Below, in pieces: positions 6,921 to 15,249 of a stretch of DNA of 15,465 nt; the first letter of the stretch is position 1; each line of letters begins with the position of its first letter. Origin of the DNA: a bacterium (GTDB taxonomy: Bacteria; Hinthialibacterota; Hinthialibacteria; Hinthialibacterales; Hinthialibacteraceae). A model generated the notes under the pieces. The model did not search any database and was not told the DNA's origin. It saw nothing but the letters and a program-made list of their open reading frames with translations. The stretch lies in NCBI GenBank assembly GCA_041946805.1, contig JBHGBC010000222.1, forward strand, positions 1 to 15,465, in the 5' to 3' direction. The translations under genes and the position numbers were made by a program.

Positions 6921-8096
6921 TTATTTATTTTCTTCGGTAGCTACAATCCGCCGGATGGTGTCTCCCACCACAATTTGCTGGAGTTTTTCTCCCACCACGC
7001 TGGCGGCTTGCCGGAGGGGGTCATTGGCGAGCTGCGCGTATACCGAGTCGGTCACGCTCTGCGTGGATTGGTTGAGCAGACCGGCGATGACTTTCAGCGA
7101 CACGCCGCTGTTGGCCAGCCAGGAGCCAAAGGTGCGGCGCAGATCATGCACTCGGATCTGCATGCCGACGTGCTGCCGGATGCGTTGCAGGGCGCGGCGG
7201 GGAAATTCGCGCAGAGGTTGGCCTTCATGCCGCCCCGGGAATATATAAGGATTGCCGTACACTCTGGGGATGCCTTTGAGGATCTCGAGTGCGGCATCGG
7301 ATAGCGGCGCCATGAACGGCCGGCCCGATTTCGTATCGGCAAGGTTCAGGATCTTGTGTTCCCAGTCCACATCCTCCCAACGCCGATGGATCAGTTCCCG
7401 GTGCCGCAATCCGGTGGTCCGGAACAACAGGATGGCCGCCCGGGCGAGCACGTCCTCGGATTGCAGGGCCTCGAGCAATTTGGTCATCACCTCGGGCGTC
7501 ACCCAGACCGTGCGTTTCTTCTCGGGGAATTTCTCGACAAACGCCGCCGGATTTTCCGCCCCGGCGGGGAGAATCCCCATCTTCTTGGCGAAGTTAAACA
7601 TCCCGGAGAGATAGGCGAGGATCCGGTTGGCCTGGACCGGGTAATCCTTGCCGATATCTTTATGCAGCTTGTCCACATCGAGCCGGCGGACGGCGGAGAC
7701 GGGCAGCGAACCAAAGCGGGGAAGGATCCGTTTTTCAATCGCCCCAATAATGTCATGGCCCCGCTTCAGGCCTTTGACATGGCGATCTATATAGCGAAGG
7801 GCCAGATCGTTCATGGTCGGCTCCGGCTGCGCGTCATCGTGGGGATTCTCGCCCTGGTCCAGCTTGGCCATGCACTCCGCATGGAGCCGCCTCGCCTCCC
7901 GGACCGTCACGGCCGGCGGATGGCCCAGGCTGATCTTATACTGTTTCCGGTTGTGCCGGAAATAGCAGATCCAAGTCTTGGTCCCCTTGGAATGCACCCG
8001 CAGCCCCAACCCCTTCCGGCTGTCATCCCAGTATACGATTTCAATCTTCCCTTCCGGACAGACCGCCCGGCGCACGAATTGACCGGTCAACTTCAT
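6921..8096 (-). CDS. Tyrosine recombinase/integrase with N-terminal arm-DNA-binding domain (P4-like), about 391 aa
   Basis: Arm-binding N-terminus (YWDDSRKGLGLRVHSKGTKTW…ISLGHPPAVTVREAR). Catalytic motifs TGLRHRE, DTKSG, HDLRRTFGS and LLNQ…VY. ATG 8096 (MKLT…) is preferred over the track's 8144 start, which runs through the DNA repeats. Confidence 0.95.
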   Translation of the reverse strand: MKLTGQFVRRAVCPEGKIEIVYWDDSRKGLGLRVHSKGTKTWICYFRHNRKQYKISLGHPPAVTVREARRLHAECMAKLDQGENPHDDAQPEPTMNDLALRYIDRHVKGLKRGHDIIGAIEKRILPRFGSLPVSAVRRLDVDKLHKDIGKDYPVQANRILAYLSGMFNFAKKMGILPAGAENPAAFVEKFPEKKRTVWVTPEVMTKLLEALQSEDVLARAAILLFRTTGLRHRELIHRRWEDVDWEHKILNLADTKSGRPFMAPLSDAALEILKGIPRVYGNPYIFPGRHEGQPLREFPRRALQRIRQHVGMQIRVHDLRRTFGSWLANSGVSLKVIAGLLNQSTQSVTDSVYAQLANDPLRQAASVVGEKLQQIVVGDTIRRIVATEENK

Positions 8097-8114
8097 GGGA
8101 TCAATTTGGGCCTG

Positions 8115-8150
8115 AATCGGTAGCAAATCGGTAGCAGGTAGCAAATCGGT
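8115..8150. repeat. Tandem direct repeats AATCGGTAGCA (candidate integrase arm-type sites)
   Basis: AATCGGTAGCA twice (8115-8125, 8126-8136), then the partial copies GGTAGCA (8137-8143) and AATCGGT (8144-8150). They lie between the int start and the presumed element end. The arm-site role is inferred. Confidence 0.75.
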
Positions 8151-8160
8151 GTAAAATATT

Positions 8161-8205
8161 ATTATAGGTTTTAGCCCTTAAAATCCCCAAAAAGGCCGAT
8201 ATAAT
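8161..8205. promoter_or_regulatory. Candidate divergent promoters at the element end
   Basis: Minus-strand TATAAT (8166-8161) with TTGGGG 18 nt upstream points to int. Plus-strand TATAAT (8200-8205) with TTAAAA 16 nt upstream points to the menC-like gene. Confidence 0.45.
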
Positions 8206-8221
8206 AGCACATTCAAGGCGG

Positions 8222-9118
8222 ATGGAGTCCCGGTTGCTCGAGACGCGCTGTTTCCATCCGGATTTCGTTGAACGGTATCTGTTAAAGGAAACGGCCGACC
8301 GCTTCGCCGCCGCCGGGCTGGAGGGGGCGTTGTGGGATCACAAGGTGCAGCGGGAGGCGGGCTCCTTTCCGGAGTCGCTTGGTGTCAAGGCCGCGCCCCT
8401 TGCGTCCGGGCTGGCGGTGGGCATCTACCCCACCCTGGAGCAGTTGCTCCAGGCCTGTGAACGCTACCTGGCGGACGGCTACCAGCGGCTCAAAATCAAA
8501 ATCCAACCGGGATGGGACGAGGAGCCCTTGCGGGAAATCCGCCGGGCTTTCGGCGATATCCCCCTTATGGTGGACGCCAACGCCGCCTACACCCAAGCCG
8601 ACTTCCCCCTCTTCAGCCGGCTGGACCGTCTGAATCTGCTCATGATCGAACAACCGCTCCCCAAGGAAGACCTGGAAGGCCACCGCCTTCTGCAGGCCCG
8701 CCTGGCCACCCCCGTTTGCCTGGATGAAAGCGCGGCGGATCCGGAAACCGTGCGCCGGGCGTTGGACATGCGGGCCTGCCGGATCGTGAACGTGAAGATC
8801 CAACGCCTCGGCGGCCTGCAACTGGCCTGGGACGTGATCGAACTCTGCGCGGCCCGGGGCGTCCCCACCTGGATGGGAACCATGCCGGAACTGGGCATTG
8901 GATCTCTCCACGCCCTGTATCTGGGATTGCATCCCAATTGCGCCTATCCCACCGATGTCGAAGCCTCGAGCCGCTGGTACGTGGAGGACATCATCGATCC
9001 CCCTATCACGGTGCGGGAGGGCTGGATCGACATCCCGCCGGAACATCGCGAGCGGCCCCGGATCAACCGGGCGATCGTGGACCGCTATTCGATCCGCACA
9101 GCCGGTTGGACTCTATGA
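8222..9118 (+). pseudogene. menC: o-succinylbenzoate synthase / N-acylamino acid racemase (enolase superfamily), 5'-truncated
   Basis: Motifs RLKIKIQPG (KxK), MVDANAAY, IEQPL, CLDES, NVKIQRLGG, WMGTMPELGIG and YPTDVEASSRWY. It is 298 aa against roughly 370 for this family and starts inside the capping domain. Upstream sequence is the AT-rich element end, not the missing N-terminus. Confidence 0.8.
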
Positions 9119-9136
9119 AGCCATGGCTGGTTTCGG

Positions 9137-10567
9137 TCATCCCCCCTGGCCGAACCGGATCGTGTACAAATCCGCGTCGCGCAAATGAAACCGCAACCGG
9201 ACGGTCTGATCCTGAAACGCGGCAAGATTCTTCCCGTGCGGCCATTCCACGATCTCATCCAACGCGTCCCCGAACATCACCGCGCCGGATTCGCCGCTGT
9301 ATCCCGGCGCCGGTTCGCCTTGACCGCTCAACAACTCCACCCGGATGGAACCCGCGGCGGAGGTCGAATAGTTCAAATGCAGGGCGCTTCCCGTGAATCG
9401 GAAGGGCTTGGTCAGAACGGTTCCTTCCCGGGCGCCGGCGTGGAGGGACGCGAAGCCATCCTTGCGGACCGTGACGCGCCGGAGCCGGGCGTCGTCCCAT
9501 TGGTAATGCTCGCTGTGATACAAACTGTATTCTCCGGGACTGAGTTCCAGCAATCCCCAGGCCGGCATGATGTTCCGGTGCGTCCAGTTGCGCCGGTCAA
9601 GCCCCGGCCGGATCCAGGCTTCCAAAAAACAACGGTCCCAATGAACGCCGTCGCGGCTGCTCATGAACACCGCATCCGACACGCCGCCTTCCGGGTGCTC
9701 GGCGATCTTCTTCCGTTCCGGCACGAAGCGTTTGGGAAACGAGAGGAAAATATGCGGCGCGCCGGGATAGGGAATGCACGCGTTGGTGTAAAAATGTTCG
9801 ACCGGAACCTCCGCCGCGTATTGATTCATGACCGGCCGGCTCCAGTGTAAAAAATCATCCGATGTGGCGCTTTGAATGGCGCGGAATCCCGCGAATTCGC
9901 CTTGGGTCCAGGAGCGGGAATAACCGCGGTAGCAGCCGGCCTGCGTATCCCAAAACGCGATGTTTTGCGAATCGAACGCCCCCTCGGTGATCACCGGCTG
10001 TTCTTGTTTTTTCCGCCAATGGATCCCATCCTCCGACACGAACGCCACGGGCGGCAGGCCGGCCAGGGCTTTCCATTTCTCCCCGGGCGGGCATTGGGGA
10101 TTGGCATCGAGAAACGGCGCGAAATTGTGCGCTTCCTTTCCCCGCCAGACAATGTTGTTTTCCTTGGATCCATTGAACTCATAAAGCCCCAAGGAAGGCC
10201 GGGTGAAATGAACGCCATCCCGGCTTTCAGCCATGCATGTCACCTGCTGATCGTCCAGATCGGCCGGACAGTATCCCCGGTAATACAACCGATACGCATT
10301 GCCAACCTGGAGAATCGTGCAGTAGGCGCTGGAGGGGCCTTCCCATGGTTGATCGAACGAAAACACAATTTCTCTGGGGACCGGTGTGTTCAGCCGCAGT
10401 TGGGCCTTATCCATGGATTCAATGAGAAACCGGTCCACAAACGGCTCCAGGCGGCTCCCGATCGTGACGACCTCCTCCGCATCGGCCGGGACAGGATGGA
10501 ATAGGCATATTCCCGCGCCGCATAGCCATATCCAGCGAAATAGGATGCTGCATTTTGACGGATTCAT
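9137..10567 (-). CDS. Exported glycoside-hydrolase-like beta-propeller protein, about 476 aa
   Basis: AAGGAG RBS before ATG 10567. Signal-peptide-like N-terminus ending PADA-EE. Repeated SxDGxHW/F motifs (ESRDGVHF, VSEDGIHW, TSDDFLHW, SSRDGVHW), FDSQN, and a C-terminal beta-rich domain (RKDGFASL…DADLYTIRF). Substrate unknown. Confidence 0.75.
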   Translation of the reverse strand: MNPSKCSILFRWIWLCGAGICLFHPVPADAEEVVTIGSRLEPFVDRFLIESMDKAQLRLNTPVPREIVFSFDQPWEGPSSAYCTILQVGNAYRLYYRGYCPADLDDQQVTCMAESRDGVHFTRPSLGLYEFNGSKENNIVWRGKEAHNFAPFLDANPQCPPGEKWKALAGLPPVAFVSEDGIHWRKKQEQPVITEGAFDSQNIAFWDTQAGCYRGYSRSWTQGEFAGFRAIQSATSDDFLHWSRPVMNQYAAEVPVEHFYTNACIPYPGAPHIFLSFPKRFVPERKKIAEHPEGGVSDAVFMSSRDGVHWDRCFLEAWIRPGLDRRNWTHRNIMPAWGLLELSPGEYSLYHSEHYQWDDARLRRVTVRKDGFASLHAGAREGTVLTKPFRFTGSALHLNYSTSAAGSIRVELLSGQGEPAPGYSGESGAVMFGDALDEIVEWPHGKNLAAFQDQTVRLRFHLRDADLYTIRFGQGG

Positions 10568-10741
10568 GGAATTCAATCTCCTTGGGGGGAAAAAAAGTTT
10601 CACCATTGCATGGATTAACTGCCTTCCGCCCTTTCCGGGCTTCCCTCACCCTGAAATTCTCAATCAAGGGAAGCCAGGATCGGGGGCCGTTCACCCCGGC
10701 CCATCCGATTGAAAGAAGGCCGAACAGGATGGAAAGTAAAA

Positions 10742-10761
10742 ACACATCGACCGGATGATCC
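10742..10761 (-). repeat. Degenerate copy of the GGTTCATCCGGTAAGTG motif, abutting a stop codon
   Basis: The minus strand reads TGA|GGATCATCCGGTCGATGTGT, a 16/20 match to the 12015 copy GGTTCATCCGGTAAGTGTGT. Confidence 0.6.
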
Positions 10762-11985
10762 TCAGTTTTTCGCTTCTCCATACCCTTCCACCACGCGAAA
10801 GCCGGCGGATTCCGCTTTTTGCCTCGCGCGGGGCGTCAGCTGGCCCGTGAGGAGCAGATCCCAGCCGCCACTTCTCTCCCGGGTGAGTCCCTGCAGTATC
10901 GCTTCGGCGTCTTCCGACGCGTACGCGATGTCGATTGGCAGCAGCAAAATGTTCCGGCCTTGTTCGCTGGCGGCTATGGGAAGCCCTTGGATCATCGTGA
11001 TTTGCCGCAATTTCATATCGTTGATATGGCATCGGGAAAGCAATACGATCCGATTGACTTGAAACCAAGCCATGGATTCCTGGCCTTCCGTATCCAGGGC
11101 GGCTTCGAGCAGGACTTCCTTTCCGGCCACGCCCGGCATTGCTTCCAAGGCGGCGGTGATCATCGTTTTATGGCGGGGGGATAGGTCCGGATGATTCAGA
11201 AATCGGCCGGTCCAGTAGGAATCCATGCCCATTTCCAGAAGTTTTTTCTCATTGTCGATATAGAGGTCCACGGGAGACTTCTCCCGCAATTGATCTTCCA
11301 CTTTGTTGCTGTACGAAATCGCCGATACCGCGAGGCCGGCGGCCCCGGGGATCGCGAACGCGCCGAGTTTGAAAACCAGGTCGCCCCGCGTGCGGGCCGT
11401 GGCGATTTGGTCGAGAAATTCCTGCACTTTGGGATTGGTCGAATATACATCCAAATGCAGCTCGGAAGCGGCCTTGCGTTTTTCGTCGCTGATCAATTTG
11501 GCGCGAAGGCCCGGATCTTCCTGTGCGCTGCTGTTCCGGTCTTTGAAACGGCGTCCGATCCGTTGGATGTGCTGGCCGATGCCTTGACCCAGCGCGGAGA
11601 GGGTTCCGCCCGGATCCTGCAGAATTTGGACGGGAGTGGAGACGGTTTGAAACAGGTGATCGCCCAGGCTGTCAAAAAATTCATCCGTCCGGTTTTTTTC
11701 GATCACATTCGCCAACGTCTTGACCTCGTGCACCCGGATTTTCAATAGGTCCAGCGATTCGATATCATACAAGCCAAAATTGGACTCCATGATGAAATGA
11801 TAATGATATCCTGCAGTAGACACTTCTTCCCGCACGCGGTGAACCGGGCTCCGCGGCAAATCGGGCGGCAGGATTTCGGACGCCTGCAAGACCGGAGGAT
11901 TTTCATAATCCGGAGAATTGGCCGTTTCCGAAGACGGGATCAAGACGAATGTGAAAAACAGGATGATACCGCAGAAAAAATTCAT
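10762..11985 (-). CDS. Hypothetical exported protein, about 407 aa
   Basis: Long ORF with AAAGG RBS before ATG 11985. Hydrophobic signal-like N-terminus followed by YENPPVLQASEILPP. No catalytic motif recognised. Confidence 0.8.
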   Translation of the reverse strand: MNFFCGIILFFTFVLIPSSETANSPDYENPPVLQASEILPPDLPRSPVHRVREEVSTAGYHYHFIMESNFGLYDIESLDLLKIRVHEVKTLANVIEKNRTDEFFDSLGDHLFQTVSTPVQILQDPGGTLSALGQGIGQHIQRIGRRFKDRNSSAQEDPGLRAKLISDEKRKAASELHLDVYSTNPKVQEFLDQIATARTRGDLVFKLGAFAIPGAAGLAVSAISYSNKVEDQLREKSPVDLYIDNEKKLLEMGMDSYWTGRFLNHPDLSPRHKTMITAALEAMPGVAGKEVLLEAALDTEGQESMAWFQVNRIVLLSRCHINDMKLRQITMIQGLPIAASEQGRNILLLPIDIAYASEDAEAILQGLTRERSGGWDLLLTGQLTPRARQKAESAGFRVVEGYGEAKN

Positions 11986-12014
11986 GTTATTAACCTTTCT
12001 GACAAAGAAATAAA

Positions 12015-12045
12015 GGTTCATCCGGTAAGTGTGTATTTTTTATCA
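12015..12045 (+). repeat. Copy of the MITE-like left end
   Basis: GGTTCATCCGGTAAGTGTGTATTTTTTATCA matches 6661-6691 at 27/31 positions, with the first 17 identical. Confidence 0.85.
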
Positions 12046-12141
12046 ACCCTGCCGGGCCGCTCTTCAACCGGGCGGGCCGGGGAAATCAATCCTCTAATCC
12101 TCTATTCCTCTGGAGGGGATTATTCCTTTGGCCGTCCTTTT

Positions 12142-12188
12142 CCCTGGTCTAGCGCCCTGGGTTATACTCCTACCCCGCCGCTGGCGCT
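12142..12188 (-). repeat. Degenerate REP-like unit
   Basis: The minus strand reads AGCGCCAGCGGCGGGG…ACCCAGGGCGCTAGACCAGGG. This has the same small-hairpin plus CCCAGGG…CC(C/A)GGG layout as 6837-6884. Confidence 0.5.
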
Positions 12189-12292
12189 TAAAAAGCTGTA
12201 CTGCAAACCGGTAAATAGTTACCTGGAATCGTTCGAGCCCGCGAGGTCCGGCGGATGACTGGCGCCGATGAATCCTATCGAACGAGACGGCC

Positions 12293-14806
12293 TTACCGCG
12301 GCCGGCCCACACGCCGCGCTCCTCCTCCAGCCGCGCGGTTGCCGTGTCCGCCGCTGGGGCGGTCGGACGCTCCTGCCGAACTGGATTGCTTGAAGCGTTC
12401 GAAACTTTGATTGCCGCGATCCCGGGCGAAGGAATCGCTTTCCAAGCGGCTAGGAAGATCGGTGGATGCCGTGGATGACGGCCTGGAGACCGCTGGCTGC
12501 CGGGTTGCCGAAGGTTGCCGCGCAGCAGCCGGCTGCCGCGTGGTGGAGGGCTGCCGGTCCCGGACCGGGGTGGCGTTGCTTTCTTTGGAGGTTAGTTTAT
12601 CTTGGGACGTTTTCCCCACACGCGAGGTGGATGGAGCCGTGTCCTTGGACAAACGATTCTCCTTCGGGGACGCGGTGTTTCTGGCGTTGGTGGAGGCGGC
12701 ATCCCGTTTGGATCCATCAAAGCCGGTATCTTCCCATTGATTGCCATTGCGTTTTTGCCAATCCCCGTTTTCATCCTTGCGGTAGATATTATCATCATTG
12801 CCGACATAAATATTGCCATTCTGATCCTTGATCACATATCCATCCGCCCGCCGGGTATCGACGCCGATGGCTTTGCCGCCCCGGGAGGTTTCCACCCAGC
12901 CGGCGCTGCCCCGGGCCGTGGATGCCTGGCCTCCCCGGATCCAATCGTCGCCGCGGGCCACAACCCCCCGGCTCCAGGAACCGTAAATGTTGGAACCACC
13001 GGCGCGCCCCGCGTACGTGTTCGTGTCGGGATTGTACATTTCCCGGCCATACACCGCGCCTCCCGGGCCATACGCGTAGCCGCCCCGGCCATAACGGCCG
13101 GTCGCCGGATTGTAATACGCCATCCCCCCCGCTCCTCCGTACGGGCCATAGGCGCGGAAGCCGGCGGCATACCCGCCATAATATCCACCGTAGCGGTAGT
13201 TGTAAGCATAACCGCAGCCATAGGAATAGAAGCAGGAATGATAGTGCCACGAGTAGCAGTAATCGCAATCGTCATCGGCCAAAGCGGCCCCCAAGGCCAT
13301 TCCCGCGCCGAACAGCAACAGGCCGCCCATGACATATTCGCCCGTATAGCCGGACGTATAGCCGGTGACGACCGTATCGGGGGTTGAATCATACACATAA
13401 ACATAGGTTACATTGTGTTTGGGATGGCTGGCGGGAATGGCATAGATTTCCTCGGGGACCGAAGTGCACACCACCCAAGGGCCCTCGGGCTTCACGCTGA
13501 CAAACCAAACCCCATCATAGCAGCAATAAAATTGGCCTTCGGCCTGAAAGACATCGGTGGGCGTGTTGACGGCGTACTGGACACCGGTTCCCTGAATTTC
13601 CCGAAATTCCGGCTCGCCCTGATAGACCACCTTCGCCTGCGCCTCGCTTTTCTTCACCGTGGCGGTACGGGGAACCGAAGCCAGCAACACCGCGTCGTCC
13701 GCTTCCACGGTTCCCGGGATCGAAACCCGAACCTGGCTTAAGGGGTGATCGGCGGGAATTTTAGAGAAATCCTCGGGCAGATCGAACGTGGAGGCCGTCC
13801 AGGGACCGATCAACGCGGGCGCCCGGAACCACCGCCCCGCGGTCAGAAAATAAAATTGTTGTTTTTGGTTATCCACTATCAATGAGCATTCCGTGTTGGT
13901 GACATACATCAGCTGGGTTCCGGAAATGGGACTGTATTGCGGCTCCCCCACGGTCTGGATCAACTCCGCGGGTTCGTAGCTGACAAATACCGCCGGGAGA
14001 TCCTGGACGGATCGGCCGGGAATTTGTTTCCGGACCTCGGCGTAGTTTTCCTCATCGGGTATCTTGGAAAATTCCGCGGGCAGTCTCTTGACCGCCGTCC
14101 ATTTCCCTTTGGCCAAATCGGAGGTTGTCAGCCAGGATTCTCCATTCAGCAAATAATATTGACTGCCTTGCGTATCGAAGATCACGTCCCAATTCGTGTT
14201 AATGGCAAACATCAACCGGGAGCCGGGGATGGGTTTGAATTTGGGTTCCCCCAAAAAGATGACCAATATGGCCGCCCGGTCACTATAGAATAATTGCGGA
14301 GGATCGAGATTGACCTCCGTTTCCTTCTGCAGGTTTTCCGTGTCATCCATATACGCCATCAACCGGTCCAAGGCGACGGTGATCGATTGGCGGTTTGGCA
14401 GGACTTCTAACACCAAGGCTTTGCATTGAGCCGATTTCTCCGTGTCCAGGTTGGGAAACCGGATGTCGCGTTCCGGCTCCTTGATTAAAACGGTGCGCGC
14501 GTCATGGTCGGTGTAGGTGCTGGCCTTGAGCGAAAGCACCCCAAAAAACGGTTCTTGATCCTTTTGGAGGGCAACGGCGGCCGCCGCCTTGATATGGATC
14601 CGGGTATAGTTGTCCCACTCTTCGACTTGCGGCTGATAAATCACGACTGCCTGGCCGCCCTTTTGAAATACCCGGGGCCATCCTGAATCATCCGGCATCG
14701 CGGTTTCTCCAGTCTCGGGGGCCGCGGTTTCTCCGGTTCTCCCAAGCGAAGGGCAAGTCCATGCAATGCACAAAACGATGAGAAAAAGAGAGGCTCGCTT
14801 CATCAT
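12293..14806 (-). CDS. Large exported protein with three internal repeats and a Gly/Tyr-rich then disordered tail (about 837 aa). It resembles a family often labelled 'carbohydrate-binding family V/XII'.
   Basis: AAGGAGA RBS before ATG-ATG (14806/14803) and signal peptide MMKRASLFLIVLCIAW. It has WPR…YQPQ near the N-terminus and a hydrophobic segment GGLLLFGAGMALGAALA, then YNPATGRYGRG-type repeats and an Arg/Gly-rich C-terminus. The family label is from recollection and the function is unverified. Confidence 0.8.
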   Translation of the reverse strand: MMKRASLFLIVLCIAWTCPSLGRTGETAAPETGETAMPDDSGWPRVFQKGGQAVVIYQPQVEEWDNYTRIHIKAAAAVALQKDQEPFFGVLSLKASTYTDHDARTVLIKEPERDIRFPNLDTEKSAQCKALVLEVLPNRQSITVALDRLMAYMDDTENLQKETEVNLDPPQLFYSDRAAILVIFLGEPKFKPIPGSRLMFAINTNWDVIFDTQGSQYYLLNGESWLTTSDLAKGKWTAVKRLPAEFSKIPDEENYAEVRKQIPGRSVQDLPAVFVSYEPAELIQTVGEPQYSPISGTQLMYVTNTECSLIVDNQKQQFYFLTAGRWFRAPALIGPWTASTFDLPEDFSKIPADHPLSQVRVSIPGTVEADDAVLLASVPRTATVKKSEAQAKVVYQGEPEFREIQGTGVQYAVNTPTDVFQAEGQFYCCYDGVWFVSVKPEGPWVVCTSVPEEIYAIPASHPKHNVTYVYVYDSTPDTVVTGYTSGYTGEYVMGGLLLFGAGMALGAALADDDCDYCYSWHYHSCFYSYGCGYAYNYRYGGYYGGYAAGFRAYGPYGGAGGMAYYNPATGRYGRGGYAYGPGGAVYGREMYNPDTNTYAGRAGGSNIYGSWSRGVVARGDDWIRGGQASTARGSAGWVETSRGGKAIGVDTRRADGYVIKDQNGNIYVGNDDNIYRKDENGDWQKRNGNQWEDTGFDGSKRDAASTNARNTASPKENRLSKDTAPSTSRVGKTSQDKLTSKESNATPVRDRQPSTTRQPAAARQPSATRQPAVSRPSSTASTDLPSRLESDSFARDRGNQSFERFKQSSSAGASDRPSGGHGNRAAGGGARRVGRPR
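12485..12556 (-). repeat. 18-bp coding tandem repeat x4 (RQPSTT/RQPAAA/RQPSAT/RQPAVS)
   Basis: GG(C/T)TGCCG recurs at 12495, 12513, 12531 and 12549. Confidence 0.85.
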
Positions 14807-15249
14807 CCGGTCTCCTTGGGCAGTGAATGAGAGATGCATCACCCAGTTCCCCCCCAAGCCCCCGCAGACATTCTCATCGAGTTTGTGTTTAGCCAGAAAC
14901 TGAATTGATGAGTAATAAAAAGCAAGCAGTCGATCGGTTTTACATTTGAAACCCCATCCCTTTCCGCCGCCACAATGGAAGAAAGCGGTGATTTCGGACG
15001 CGCGCGTCATGGATAAACCACTTCACGCATATCATACTTTTTGAACTTAATCAATGTAATCGGAATCGTTGTATAGGTGTCCCTCGGCGCACCCTGCCGT
15101 CCGGATTTTTTCTAACCTGAAAACCCAAATGCGGACAGGATGGGGATAATCGTATTTCAATTCCCTGGCTCTGAACCGAAGGATACTTATTTCCTTCCCA
15201 GCCAGCGTTGAGGAATCCGCCGAGGGGATCGGCACCGAGGAAAGGCTTT

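Noticed and set aside
8111..8122. CCTGAATCGGTA, similar to the IS1380 end at 5638
   Set aside because: It has the same orientation as the 5638 end, so it cannot be the partner repeat. The match is short and overlaps the tandem repeats, so it is probably chance.
8115..8150. CRISPR-like reading of the direct repeats
   Set aside because: The 11-bp units have no spacers and there are no cas genes.
10637..10701. Hairpins GGCTTCCCT…AGGGAAGCC and GGGCCG…CGGCCC as terminator or riboswitch
   Set aside because: There is no adjacent U-tract and no riboswitch consensus that I recognise; an Rfam scan would be needed.
12246..12276. Possible degenerate partner end for the 12015 motif (CGGATGAC, CCGATGAATCC)
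   Set aside because: The matches are too short and gapped to distinguish from chance in GC-rich DNA.
14807..15010. N-terminal extension of the 905-aa ORF in the track
   Set aside because: A strong RBS and signal peptide place the start at 14806/14803.
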